Shown: positions 31,410 to 41,136 of the stretch, piece by piece
Numbering within the stretch: the first letter of the stretch is position 1
How the letters are laid out: every line of letters starts with the position of its first letter
Assembly: GCA_900557045.1 (NCBI GenBank)
Contig: USQY01000001.1
Span: 28,215 to 92,214, forward strand
Origin: an uncultured Clostridium sp.
Lineage (GTDB): Bacteria; Bacillota; Clostridia; TANB77; CAG-508
Length of the DNA: 64,000 nt
Reading direction: 5' to 3'
The notes under the pieces: generated by a model
What the model was told of the DNA's origin: nothing
Database searches by the model: none
Seen by the model: the letters and a program-made list of their open reading frames with translations, nothing else
Program-made: the position numbers and the translations under genes

Positions 31410-32071
31410 ATTAAAATATACCCCTGTCCTCTTTTTGTTTCTATTATATCTTGTAAATTTAATTCTTCTAACTTGTTTCTTAATCTTTTCATATTTACTG
31501 TTAATGTATTATCATCAATAAAGCTCTCACTTTCCCATAAATAATCCATTATTTCATCTCTAGCAATTATTTGTCCTTTATGTATTGCTAAATAATACAA
31601 TATTTTAAATTCATTTTTTGTAAGCTCTATTTTTTTATTTTGACTTTCTATTATACTTTGAGAAATATTTAACACAAATTTTCCACAGTCTATTTTTTCT
31701 TGATTATTGCTAGAATTTCTTTTAAGCAATCCAGCTATTTTGGCAAGTAAAATTTGTATATTATATGGTTTAGTAACATATTGATCTGCACCATAATTTA
31801 GACTTATTAATTCATCTATTTCATTGTTTCTACTTGTTACCATTATTATTGGAACATCAGAAATTTTTCTTACTTCTTTGCAAATATATTCACCATCTAT
31901 AAAAGGTAAATTTATATCTAGTAATATAAGGTTTGCTTTTTCATTGATAATATCGTTAATTACATCATCAAATTTTTCTAAACCTCTTGCTTCATATCCA
32001 TTTTTATTTAAAAATATTTCTAACTCTTTTCTTAATTTTTCATCATCTTCAACTATTAATATTTTGTTCAT
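31406..32071 (-). CDS. OmpR-family response regulator (BceR-like)
   Basis: 221 aa with a receiver domain (DD...D...K) and a winged-helix output domain. It overlaps the kinase gene by 4 nt. Confidence 0.9.
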   Translation of the reverse strand: MNKILIVEDDEKLRKELEIFLNKNGYEARGLEKFDDVINDIINEKANLILLDINLPFIDGEYICKEVRKISDVPIIMVTSRNNEIDELISLNYGADQYVTKPYNIQILLAKIAGLLKRNSSNNQEKIDCGKFVLNISQSIIESQNKKIELTKNEFKILYYLAIHKGQIIARDEIMDYLWESESFIDDNTLTVNMKRLRNKLEELNLQDIIETKRGQGYILI

Positions 32072-32213
32072 TTTAATAACATTCCTTTCTGATTATTGCG
32101 CCAATTTTACAGATATAGAAAGAACAATTTTTTATTCATTTCCAGAAGACTTATGGCATTTCTTTTGGTTTTTGTCATCTTATTTATTTTGAACTAACTT
32201 CTTTTACATATAA

Positions 32214-32258
32214 TAAAAAAAGAGTATTAAGAATTTTATCCAAACCCTTGATACTCTA
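32214..32258 (-). terminator. rho-independent terminator after tRNA-Glu
   Basis: On the minus strand, AGAGTATCAAGG...CTTAATACTCT is followed by TTTTTTT. Confidence 0.7.
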
Positions 32259-32272
32259 ATGTTTTATAATAT

Positions 32273-32347
32273 TGGTGACCCGTACGGGAATCGAACCCAT
32301 GATTCGGCCTTGAGAGGGCCGCGTCTTAACCGCTTGACCAACGGGCC
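32273..32347 (-). tRNA. tRNA-Glu, anticodon CUC
   Basis: Hand-folded cloverleaf: acceptor stem GGCCCGU/ACGGGUC, D arm GUC-AAGCGGUUAA-GAC, anticodon stem CGGCC/GGCCG with loop CUCUCAA, T arm AUGGG-UUCGAUU-CCCGU, and an encoded CCA. The body closely resembles Firmicute tRNA-Glu. Confidence 0.85.
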
Positions 32348-32371
32348 ATATAATTTTGCACTACTTTATAT

Positions 32372-32400
32372 TTATAACATATTTCGCACAAAATAGTCAA
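32372..32400 (-). promoter_or_regulatory. putative sigma-A promoter for the tRNA-Glu gene
   Basis: On the minus strand, TTGACT, a 17 nt spacer, then TTATAA, ending about 25 nt upstream of the tRNA 5' end. Confidence 0.5.
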
Positions 32401-32403
32401 GGT

Positions 32404-32799
32404 TTACATACACATTTTTAAAATTTCTTGTAATCTTTCATCTTGTTTTGTTAAATACAAATATCCAATTAATCCTTCAAAAGCTGTAGAATACATATAA
32501 TCAGCAGGGTCCGCATTTTTAGGTAAATGATGGTTTTCTGCATTTCGTGCTCTTCTTACTATATCTTTTTCAGAATCTGATAAAATGTTTTCAATTTTTT
32601 TCAATAAATCAGCTTGTGCTTTTGCTTTAACATATTTAATAGATTCTATATGTAATTTGTGTGGTTTTAATTTTGTATTATTAACTAAATTGGTTCTAAT
32701 ATACAATTCATAAACAGCATCTCCTACATATGCCCATGTTAACGGAGATAGCATATTTACATCAGTTTCAGATTTTTCTCTATTGATTAATTCTATCAT
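32404..32799 (-). CDS. mrnC: mini-ribonuclease 3 (Mini-III)
   Basis: Conserved LAYVGDAVYELYIR-type motif (WAYVGDAVYELYIR) and FEGLIGYLYL. The ATG at 32799 lies 7 nt after AAGGAG and is preferred over the longer ORF. Confidence 0.82.
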   Translation of the reverse strand: MIELINREKSETDVNMLSPLTWAYVGDAVYELYIRTNLVNNTKLKPHKLHIESIKYVKAKAQADLLKKIENILSDSEKDIVRRARNAENHHLPKNADPADYMYSTAFEGLIGYLYLTKQDERLQEILKMCM

Positions 32800-32933
32800 A
32801 TTCCAACTCCTTAAACAGTATTTTAATACTATAATTAATTCTTCAATATTATGTTTAAATACTATAATCATTTTTTATTCTGTATTTATATACTGTAATT
32901 TTTAAGCAATATTTAATATACTTCTTATTTAAA

Positions 32934-33884
32934 TTAGCATTTTTCAATTGTGATTTTACCTATTTTACCGCTTCTAAATTCATCTAATATAATTCCAGAA
33001 ATCTTCTCGTAATCTATTCTGCTACCTGATAAAATAGCTCCTCTTTTTTTAGCAATAATATCCATAATTTTTAAAATTTTATCATTTTCTTCTTCATCGC
33101 TTTTTAAAATTTCTTTAATTATATTTTCATCTAATTTAAATCTTTCAATTACATTTTTTTCATAATTATTAATTAAATACTTTAATAATTGAAATGCAAT
33201 TTCTGTTTTTTCTAAAATATCATCTTTTATTGTTCCAGTAAATGCAAGATTTAAACCAACTTCCTCAGATTCAAATTTTGGCCACAATACACCTGGTGTA
33301 TCCATAAGTTCTATTCCTTCTTGCAAACGAATCCATTGTTTTTGTTTTGTAACACCTGGTCTGTTTCCAACTTGTACTATATTTTTCTTTGTTATTCTAT
33401 TTATAAAAGATGATTTTCCTACATTTGGAATTCCTAAAATCATTATTCTTATAGATTTTCCAATTCTTCCTTTACTTGCAAATTTCTCTCCATCTTTTTT
33501 ATATACATTTTGAACTGCTTTTAAAACATCATTTATACCTTTGCCACTATTTGAATCTGTTATAACTGCTGGTATTCCTTGTTTTTCAAAATGTCTAACC
33601 CATTTTTTTGTTTCAATTTCATCTGCTAAATCGCTTTTATTTAATACTACTACTCTTGATTTATTTTTTGAATATGTTTTAACATCTGGGTTTTGGCTAG
33701 ATATGGGAATTCTTGCATCTAATATTTCAACTATTACATCTATTAGTTTTAGGTCTTCTATTATTTGTCTTTTTGTTTTTGCCATGTGACCTGGGTACCA
33801 CGAAATGGAAACTTTTGAAAAACTTTCTTGATTGTCATTTTTTTTATTTTCTGTTCTCATTTTTCTTTTTTGATACATATCCAT
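32934..33884 (-). CDS. rbgA: ribosome biogenesis GTPase A (YlqF/RbgA)
   Basis: Circularly permuted GTPase with WYPGHMAK, NKSDL, GIPNVGKSS and DTPG motifs. The N-terminal extension and the exact start are uncertain. Confidence 0.88.
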   Translation of the reverse strand: MDMYQKRKMRTENKKNDNQESFSKVSISWYPGHMAKTKRQIIEDLKLIDVIVEILDARIPISSQNPDVKTYSKNKSRVVVLNKSDLADEIETKKWVRHFEKQGIPAVITDSNSGKGINDVLKAVQNVYKKDGEKFASKGRIGKSIRIMILGIPNVGKSSFINRITKKNIVQVGNRPGVTKQKQWIRLQEGIELMDTPGVLWPKFESEEVGLNLAFTGTIKDDILEKTEIAFQLLKYLINNYEKNVIERFKLDENIIKEILKSDEEENDKILKIMDIIAKKRGAILSGSRIDYEKISGIILDEFRSGKIGKITIEKC

Positions 33885-33900
33885 TTAAATCACTTCCTTT

Positions 33901-34509
33901 TTATTTTAATTTTTTACCATAATATTCAACATCTATTTCTGTTCCATCTGGATATACTTCTTTAGCATTTTTAATATGTTCTACAAATCCATAATGTTTA
34001 TATATCTCTTTATTTCTTATTTCTTCAGGTTCCACTCCTAATGTTAATACAGTATAACCTTTACTTTTCAAATCTTCTTCCATAAATTTATACAATTTAG
34101 AAAAATATCCTTTTCCCTCATATTCTTTGTTGGTTCTAAAAGCAGTCAAGTATGCAGTTGTATCATCTACTAATTTATTACTATTTTGAACAATATCACC
34201 AGTTAATACAGCAGTGGCTTCACATATTATTTGGTCATTAATTATTCCATAGTAAGGAATAATTTTACCATTTTTATAATTTTTAATGTTTTGTTCTTTC
34301 CAAATAATCCAATTTTCTTTTTTTGTTGCTATCGATATTTCATAATTCCATTTTTTATTCATTTCTTCAATAGTAGCAATTTTACATATATAGTTGCATT
34401 TATCCAATCCTTCATTGTCATAATTCGTATCATATTTATTTCCATCATCGGCAGTTAACGAGCATTTCTCGGTAACTGAATTTTTATCTAACTCATTATC
34501 TTCCATCAA
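33901..34509 (-). CDS. GNAT-family N-acetyltransferase
   Basis: 202 aa with an acetyl-CoA binding motif region (RTNKEYEGKGYFSKLYKF). Confidence 0.65.
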   Translation of the reverse strand: MMEDNELDKNSVTEKCSLTADDGNKYDTNYDNEGLDKCNYICKIATIEEMNKKWNYEISIATKKENWIIWKEQNIKNYKNGKIIPYYGIINDQIICEATAVLTGDIVQNSNKLVDDTTAYLTAFRTNKEYEGKGYFSKLYKFMEEDLKSKGYTVLTLGVEPEEIRNKEIYKHYGFVEHIKNAKEVYPDGTEIDVEYYGKKLK

Positions 34510-34674
34510 TACTCTCCTTTCCTTTAGTTTTTCATAATTCCTACACTTATCATTTTTCTTTTTTGATACATATCCATTATTTTATATTTTAACATAAAAG
34601 CAAGTGATTTTCAACCAATCACCTGCTTTGTAATTTATATATTTTTTATTCATAATTACTTATAAAAATGCAAT

Positions 34675-35910
34675 CTAATTATTTTTATCTTTATACATCT
34701 TAACTATATCTTTAAAGCTCATCTTTGTACCATAATTCAAAATCGCATTTGAATATATTTTTATTGCAATTTTAGCTATTATTAATATAGTTATAATCAA
34801 TATAGCAATTGATATTAAAACATCTATAGGCTTAGCAATTCCCATCATTATTCTAAATGGCATACAAAAAGGTGATGATATTGGAAATAATGATGCAAAC
34901 ACATTCATTTTACTTGTAGGATTCATCATTGTAAAATAAGATAAATAAAATCCTATTACAGCAAATATTGCAACAGGTCCATTTGCTGATTGTATATCTT
35001 CTGGTTTACTCACAGTTGAGCCTGTTAGTGCATATAATAATGCATATGTAGCATATCCTAATATAAAATATATAATTGTTACTACTCCTAAATATGGTGT
35101 TATTGCAGACACATCTAATATTTGTTCTAACATTCCTGGCTCTAAGAATGCTTTAGCACTAATTAAAGATGTTCCAACTAATACAACTAATTGTAGTAAA
35201 CCAACTATACCTATTCCTAGTGTTTTACCTAATACTATAGTTTTTGGTGATGTTGAAGTTACAAGAGTTTCCATTATTTTTGATGTTTTTTCTGTTGTAA
35301 TAGAACTTGATACTTGATATGCACAAAAATATATAGCATAAAATAATACAATTGATAATAACATCATTGCAAAAATATTACCATTAGCTTTTTGTTCTTC
35401 TGTTTGTTCTAATGAAAATTCAAAATTTGGTGTAATAGATTTTATTTGTTCTTCTGTTAAACCTAATTTATTTATTTGCAAATTTGTATATAAGCCATTA
35501 ATTGTAGATATTATATCTTTTGGTACTTCACTCATCATAGTAGAATTTTTAACTATATATCTAATTTTTACATTTTCATTTTTATTTTCAACTATTATGG
35601 CAGAATCAACTTCTCCGTTTTGAATTTTTTCTTTTAATTCATCATATTTTAAATTTGATATTTGAATTTCATATTCTGTATCTATATTTTTTAAGTTTTC
35701 TAATGTTCCTTCAAAAATATCATTTTCATCTACTATTAATAAAGTATTTTTTCCGTCTTCACCATTAATTGCTTTCATTATTTTTGGTACATTAAACCCT
35801 ATAAGTATTATTATTAAAAAAATTATAGTTGATATAATAAAAGACTTTCTTTTTACCATATCCATCATTGTAAATTTTGTTACTATAAATAAATCTTTCA
35901 TACTATTCAC
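34675..35910 (-). CDS. ABC-2 type transporter permease (NatB-like)
   Basis: 411 aa with an N-terminal TM helix, a large extracytoplasmic domain and five C-terminal TM helices. It overlaps the upstream ATPase gene. Confidence 0.7.
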   Translation of the reverse strand: MNSMKDLFIVTKFTMMDMVKRKSFIISTIIFLIIILIGFNVPKIMKAINGEDGKNTLLIVDENDIFEGTLENLKNIDTEYEIQISNLKYDELKEKIQNGEVDSAIIVENKNENVKIRYIVKNSTMMSEVPKDIISTINGLYTNLQINKLGLTEEQIKSITPNFEFSLEQTEEQKANGNIFAMMLLSIVLFYAIYFCAYQVSSSITTEKTSKIMETLVTSTSPKTIVLGKTLGIGIVGLLQLVVLVGTSLISAKAFLEPGMLEQILDVSAITPYLGVVTIIYFILGYATYALLYALTGSTVSKPEDIQSANGPVAIFAVIGFYLSYFTMMNPTSKMNVFASLFPISSPFCMPFRIMMGIAKPIDVLISIAILIITILIIAKIAIKIYSNAILNYGTKMSFKDIVKMYKDKNN

Positions 35911-36793
35911 CCACCTTTTCTATAAAAATGTCATTTAATGTTGGTTTAGTTATTTCAAATTTATTAACTATAACTTCACTTTTTACTAACTCTTTTAAAA
36001 GTTCATGTGCTTGTTCTTCATTATTAATTTTAACAGTATAATCATTATTTCTTTCATTTTCAATTTCAAGTCCTATATTGTTAATATATTCTGTTATTGG
36101 CTTATTTACTTCTATTTGAACTCTATTAGCCTTATATCCATCTTTTATTTCTCTTAAATTTCCTTTCAAAACAGTTTTACCTTTATTTAAAATCAAAATA
36201 TCACTGCAAAACTCTTCAATTGTTGACATTTGGTGTGCTGACATTATTACAAATTTTCCATTTTGCACTAGACTTATTATTATATTTTTTAATAATTCTG
36301 TATTTACTGGATCAAGCCCACTAAAAGGCTCATCTAGAACCACTAATTCTGGATTATGTATTACTGCTGTCATAAATTGAATTTTTTGTTGATTTCCTTT
36401 TGATAATTTTTCTGCCGGCATTTGCATATATTCTTCTACCTTCAATTTTTCTGCCCATTCTTTTATTGCTTTATCTGCATCACATTTGTTCATTCCTTTT
36501 AACTCTGCAAAATACATTAATTGATCATATATTTTTACTTTAGGATATACTCCTCTTTCTTCTGGAAGATAACCAAAGTTAACAGATTTTCTATCGACTT
36601 TTTTACCATTCCAAGTTATTTCTCCACTATCCTTTTTTATTATCCCTAATAACATTCTTATAGTTGTTGTTTTTCCTGCTCCATTAGTACCAAGTAAACC
36701 AAAAACGCCTGGTTTATCTAATGAAAATGAAATTTCATCTACGGCTTTTTTACCAATAAAAGACTTGGAAACATTTTTTAAAACTAGTCCCAT
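35903..36793 (-). CDS. ABC transporter ATP-binding protein (NatA-like)
   Basis: Walker A GTNGAGKTT, signature LSKGNQQK and Walker B LDEPFSGLD. The ATG at 36793 lies 5 nt after GGGAGGAA. Confidence 0.88.
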   Translation of the reverse strand: MGLVLKNVSKSFIGKKAVDEISFSLDKPGVFGLLGTNGAGKTTTIRMLLGIIKKDSGEITWNGKKVDRKSVNFGYLPEERGVYPKVKIYDQLMYFAELKGMNKCDADKAIKEWAEKLKVEEYMQMPAEKLSKGNQQKIQFMTAVIHNPELVVLDEPFSGLDPVNTELLKNIIISLVQNGKFVIMSAHQMSTIEEFCSDILILNKGKTVLKGNLREIKDGYKANRVQIEVNKPITEYINNIGLEIENERNNDYTVKINNEEQAHELLKELVKSEVIVNKFEITKPTLNDIFIEKVGE

Positions 36794-36863
36794 TTTATTT
36801 CCTCCCATTTTTTAACTATTAATCTAAATTATATTGCATTTTTCTAAAAAATACTTTATTAAT

Positions 36864-36907
36864 TTTTCATAATTATAACATATTCTTTTCATAATTATAA
36901 CATATTC
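36864..36907. repeat. tandem duplication, 22 bp x 2 (TTTTCATAATTATAACATATTC)
   Basis: Exact tandem copies at 36864-36885 and 36886-36907. On the minus strand each reads GAATATGTTATAATTATGAAAA, which includes the extended -10 TGTTATAAT. The duplication lies 71-114 nt upstream of the ABC ATPase start. Confidence 0.85.
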
Positions 36908-37064
36908 TTAAAATTTATCAAATTTTTTCCAAAGATAATAAAGCCGTTTTATCAAAAAAATTTACAACTTTTTTTATGGAATTACTTTTTAATTCTAAAC
37001 AATAACAAGCAAGAACATGAAAACTTATTTTTATGTCTTTGCTTGAATAATTTATTTTTTAATT

Positions 37065-37907
37065 CTACACTTTCAACAAACTAAAAGTCTTACAAATATT
37101 ACATTCCTTACAAATCATCAATCTATTTTGAAAAATCAATTTCAAAGTTTCTATAAATTCATCTTCTTCAATAATCTCATGCACTATAATTTTCTTTGGT
37201 AATAAATTAAGAAGTGCATTTAAGCAATAATCTTTTGATGAAAACGTTATATCAGACAAATATTTATACTGATTAATTTCATTATTATACATAATTAAAT
37301 TTTGCATATTGTCCAATAAAATTGGCTCACCACTACCATAAATCAAATGAATAGTATCACTTTTACATTTCTGTGAATTTATATAACTGCGAAGTAATTC
37401 TATAAATTCCTTATACTCTTTATCTATTACAAATTTATTAACACCAGTATCCACAACTTCTGCAAGCAAACTATTATATTCAAATAATCTAAAATTAACA
37501 AAACCATCTAATATAAAAAATTTATGTTCTAAAATATAATCATATAAACATGAAAATATTTTTTCCCTTCTTTCTAAAAAATCTTTAGTATCTTTTAATT
37601 CTAATATTTCCATACAATTACTATAAATCATACTTCTTTCTTTTGTATCAAAATAAAAGAAATCACTATTAATTATTCTTTTTACAATATTTTTTTCATA
37701 AAATTCAATAATACAATTAGTTAAAATTTCAGATAATTTAAATATAAATAATTTTTCATTTTTTCCTGTATAATGAATTATTATATTTTCATAATATTTA
37801 AAAGAATTTTTTGATATATAAGTGTCATCCAAATTTATATTTGTTACTTCATTCAGTAGATAATTTAATATAATACTATTATTGTTTTTTATGCAAAAAG
37901 ACTTCAT
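37065..37907 (-). CDS. hypothetical protein, possibly a YtxC-like sporulation protein
   Basis: About 280 aa, soluble and Asn/Ile-rich. The start is the ATG at 37907 after AAAGGGGA. My recognition of the family is weak. Confidence 0.35.
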   Translation of the reverse strand: MKSFCIKNNNSIILNYLLNEVTNINLDDTYISKNSFKYYENIIIHYTGKNEKLFIFKLSEILTNCIIEFYEKNIVKRIINSDFFYFDTKERSMIYSNCMEILELKDTKDFLERREKIFSCLYDYILEHKFFILDGFVNFRLFEYNSLLAEVVDTGVNKFVIDKEYKEFIELLRSYINSQKCKSDTIHLIYGSGEPILLDNMQNLIMYNNEINQYKYLSDITFSSKDYCLNALLNLLPKKIIVHEIIEEDEFIETLKLIFQNRLMICKECNICKTFSLLKV

Positions 37908-38009
37908 AAAAAATCCCCTTTCTTTGATATATATATTATCTACTAAAATTGGGTTAGATATACATATATTATTCAAAGAAAGAGGGTTGTGAAACTTGTA
38001 TTTTTCTTT

Positions 38010-38873
38010 TTATTCATATTGTTTATTTTTTAATTGTATTACTTTTTTATCTAAATACTCTAATAGACTATTTTTTTCAAAATTAAACTCTAAACTATAA
38101 CTACATAATTGCTGATTTTTATATTTAAATTTTTTGTTTATTTCATTTATTCCATATTTTCCATCCCCTAAAATTGGATATCCAATATGTGCTAAATGTG
38201 CTCTTATTTGATGAGTTCTACCTGTGTGTAGCTCTACATCTAATAATGATAATTTTTTTTCATGGTCTTTTTTTAGTATTTTATATGTAGTGATTATTTT
38301 TCTATAACCTGGTTTTGGTGTATCTGAAATATATACTAAAGATTTCTTATTATCCTTAAATAAGTATGCCACTAATGTTTGTTTTTCTATTTTTGGTATT
38401 CCAATAACTATACATCTATAATGTTTTGTAATTTGATGATTTTTAAATTTATCTAATAATATTTCTAAACTAACATTATTTTTTGCAAATAGAACAAGTC
38501 CAACTGTATTTCTGTCTAATCTATGACATGGCTCTATAAATTGGTTTGAATACAATTTTTTAGCATATGTTTGCAATGAATTTTCACCAGTTACCTCAAT
38601 GCCTGCAGGCTTATTAAACACAACTATATTAGAATCTTCATAAATTATTTCAATTTTTCCTGCTTTATACAAAAATTCATCAACTATATATACTTTTACT
38701 TCATCTCCTTCATATATAGTTGTATTTTCTGAAACTCTAACATCATTTATTCGTATGTCTTTCTTTCTTAGGGCTTTGTATAAGGTGTTGTTTGTTAAGC
38801 CATTAAAGTTATCAAATAAAAAGTCATTTAACTTTTTTCCATTATATTTTTTTGTTACTATTAAAATTTTCAT
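38010..38873 (-). CDS. RluA-family pseudouridine synthase with an N-terminal S4 domain
   Basis: 287 aa with the catalytic motif HRLDRNTVG and a later HQIRAHL. Confidence 0.86.
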   Translation of the reverse strand: MKILIVTKKYNGKKLNDFLFDNFNGLTNNTLYKALRKKDIRINDVRVSENTTIYEGDEVKVYIVDEFLYKAGKIEIIYEDSNIVVFNKPAGIEVTGENSLQTYAKKLYSNQFIEPCHRLDRNTVGLVLFAKNNVSLEILLDKFKNHQITKHYRCIVIGIPKIEKQTLVAYLFKDNKKSLVYISDTPKPGYRKIITTYKILKKDHEKKLSLLDVELHTGRTHQIRAHLAHIGYPILGDGKYGINEINKKFKYKNQQLCSYSLEFNFEKNSLLEYLDKKVIQLKNKQYE

Positions 38874-38978
38874 ATTTATATTATATATTGTTTTTTTGTA
38901 AAACTCAATAAGAATTTATACCCACTTGTTAATTTATAATCAATATGCTATACTAAAGAAAAAAATCGGAGGCAAAAA

Positions 38979-39935
38979 ATGGAAAATAAAAAACTAATAA
39001 CAATTCTAGTACCAGCATATAATGAACAAGATGTTCTATCAATGCTATATGAAAGATTATCTAAAATAATGGATTCAAATACAAATTATAATTTTGAAAT
39101 TCTTTTTGTTAATGATGGGAGTAAAGATAAAACTTTAGACATTATTAAAAATATGAGATTACATGATAACAGAGTTTGCTACTTAAATTTATCTAGAAAT
39201 TATGGTAAAGAAACTGCAATGATAGCAGGTTTGGATTATTCAAAAGGTGATGCTGTAATTATAATTGATGCAGATTTACAAGACCCACCTGAATTAATTC
39301 CTGAAATGATTAAATATTGGGAACAAGGTTATGATGATGTTTATGCTAAAAGACGTTCTAGAAAAGGTGAAACTTGGTTAAAGAAATTCACATCTAAAAT
39401 GTATTACAAAACACTTCAAAGTGTAACAAAAATAGAAATTCAAAAAGATACTGGGGACTTTAGATTATTAGATAGACGTTGTGTTGAAGCTTTAAAGCAA
39501 ATTAGAGAATCACAAAGATATACTAAAGGTTTATTTAGTTGGATAGGTTATAATAAAAAAGAAATATTATATGATAGAGATCCTCGTGCAGCAGGACAGA
39601 CTAAATGGAATTATAAAAAATTAATAGATTTATCAATAGATGGTTTAACATCATTTACAACAGCTCCTTTAAGATGGTCTGCCATTATAGGAATATTGAT
39701 TTCTATAATAGGATTTATATATATGTTAACAATTATTATAAAAACTATAATTTCAGGAGTTGATGTTCCTGGATACGCCTCAACAATGGTAGTTATTCTA
39801 TTTATTGGAGGAATTCAACTAATTTTCCTAGGAGTAATTGGTGAATATTTAGGAAGAGCCTTTTATGAGACTAAAAACAGACCAATATATTTTGTTGATA
39901 GATATAATGAAGAAAAAGAAACTAACAAACATTAA
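38979..39935 (+). CDS. family 2 glycosyltransferase (polyprenyl-phosphate glycosyltransferase, GtrB-like)
   Basis: 318 aa with a GT-A fold (VPAYNE, DGSKD, DADLQDPP) and two C-terminal TM helices. Confidence 0.85.
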   Translation: MENKKLITILVPAYNEQDVLSMLYERLSKIMDSNTNYNFEILFVNDGSKDKTLDIIKNMRLHDNRVCYLNLSRNYGKETAMIAGLDYSKGDAVIIIDADLQDPPELIPEMIKYWEQGYDDVYAKRRSRKGETWLKKFTSKMYYKTLQSVTKIEIQKDTGDFRLLDRRCVEALKQIRESQRYTKGLFSWIGYNKKEILYDRDPRAAGQTKWNYKKLIDLSIDGLTSFTTAPLRWSAIIGILISIIGFIYMLTIIIKTIISGVDVPGYASTMVVILFIGGIQLIFLGVIGEYLGRAFYETKNRPIYFVDRYNEEKETNKH

Positions 39936-39941
39936 TAATTC

Positions 39942-39982
39942 GTACTGAGCTCCAAAAATTTATTGTTTTTGGAGCTCAGTAC
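39942..39982. terminator. bidirectional rho-independent terminator
   Basis: A perfect 17 bp stem, GTACTGAGCTCCAAAAA / TTTTTGGAGCTCAGTAC, between convergent genes. Confidence 0.8.
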
Positions 39983-40002
39983 ATTTTCATTGGTTTCAAT
40001 TT

Positions 40003-40344
40003 CTAACCAATCCCTTCTATTCCGCCATCCAAATTATACACATTAGTATATCCCATTTTTTCTAACTTATTGCAAGCTTTTCTACTTCTTCCGCCATATT
40101 CACAATATACAATTATAACATCATTTTTATTTCTTGCGATTCTACCTATTTTTTCTCTTATATCTTGTAATGGAATGTTTATAGCTCTTGGAATATGATT
40201 ATCTTGATACTCTTCTTCTGTTCTAACATCTATAATAATAATATTTTTATTTGTTTTTAACCTTTCTTTCATAATTATATAATTAATATTTTTTCCAGAA
40301 TCACGAGTTAATCGTTTTTGTATCTTATAAATTATTCTTTTCAT
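40003..40344 (-). CDS. rhodanese-domain protein
   Basis: About 113 aa with the active-site loop CEYGGRS. The ATG at 40344 lies after AAGGAGG. Confidence 0.75.
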   Translation of the reverse strand: MKRIIYKIQKRLTRDSGKNINYIIMKERLKTNKNIIIIDVRTEEEYQDNHIPRAINIPLQDIREKIGRIARNKNDVIIVYCEYGGRSRKACNKLEKMGYTNVYNLDGGIEGIG

Positions 40345-40486
40345 AAAACTATCCTCCTTTTCATATAAGCTATGGCATGGAGAAAATATATGCATGAAAA
40401 ATTTTTAAATAATTTTGGTAAATTTTTTCAATAATAAAAAAAGACCATTATAATATATAATATTCATAATGCTCTTTTTTGTTTAT

Positions 40487-41116
40487 TTATTTTTCTAATA
40501 AGCTTTTTTGTTTTTCAAACATTCCTGTTAATACAGTAATAATTGTAATATATATAACTACTCCAACTGGCATAACTAATCTATTTACAGGATATCTTGT
40601 AATAACTATTATAGAAGCATATAATAACTCGGCTATAATAGTTAATATAACAGCTTGAGAAATCACTTTTGCAATTCCTATCTTTCTAAATCTTATAGCC
40701 ATATACGCCAATATTAATACTGTTGTTATTATTAATGGAATAATATATGGTTTTATTATATCTCTTAATTTATAACTTGGTATATAATTAACTTTAATAT
40801 CATCAACACTATTATTTATCCCAAATTTTTCATTTATTTTTGTATTTATTAAATTTTTTTGTTCATCAGTTATATTATTAACTTTTATAACAACATTGTC
40901 ACTATAAACACCTGCTTTTTGTATTTCTACATTTTGTTTTTGAAATACTTCATTTGTTATAGTTTTAATATCATTAATATTAAAATCTTGTCCTATTTTT
41001 ATATCTACTAAATTATAATCTCTGTAACACATATCTACATTAAATCCTACAGCAACAGTAATTATTATTCCTACAAGAATTACAATTGCTAATCCTATGA
41101 GAATTTTATTTTTCAT
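40487..41116 (-). CDS. SecF-like membrane protein (divergent and short)
   Basis: 209 aa with an N-terminal TM helix and a SecF-type periplasmic ferredoxin-like domain. Only about 3 further TM helices follow, and the GYS.ND..V.FDR motif region is absent. Confidence 0.5.
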   Translation of the reverse strand: MKNKILIGLAIVILVGIIITVAVGFNVDMCYRDYNLVDIKIGQDFNINDIKTITNEVFQKQNVEIQKAGVYSDNVVIKVNNITDEQKNLINTKINEKFGINNSVDDIKVNYIPSYKLRDIIKPYIIPLIITTVLILAYMAIRFRKIGIAKVISQAVILTIIAELLYASIIVITRYPVNRLVMPVGVVIYITIITVLTGMFEKQKSLLEK

Positions 41117-41136
41117 ATTTTAATCCCTCTTTCAAA

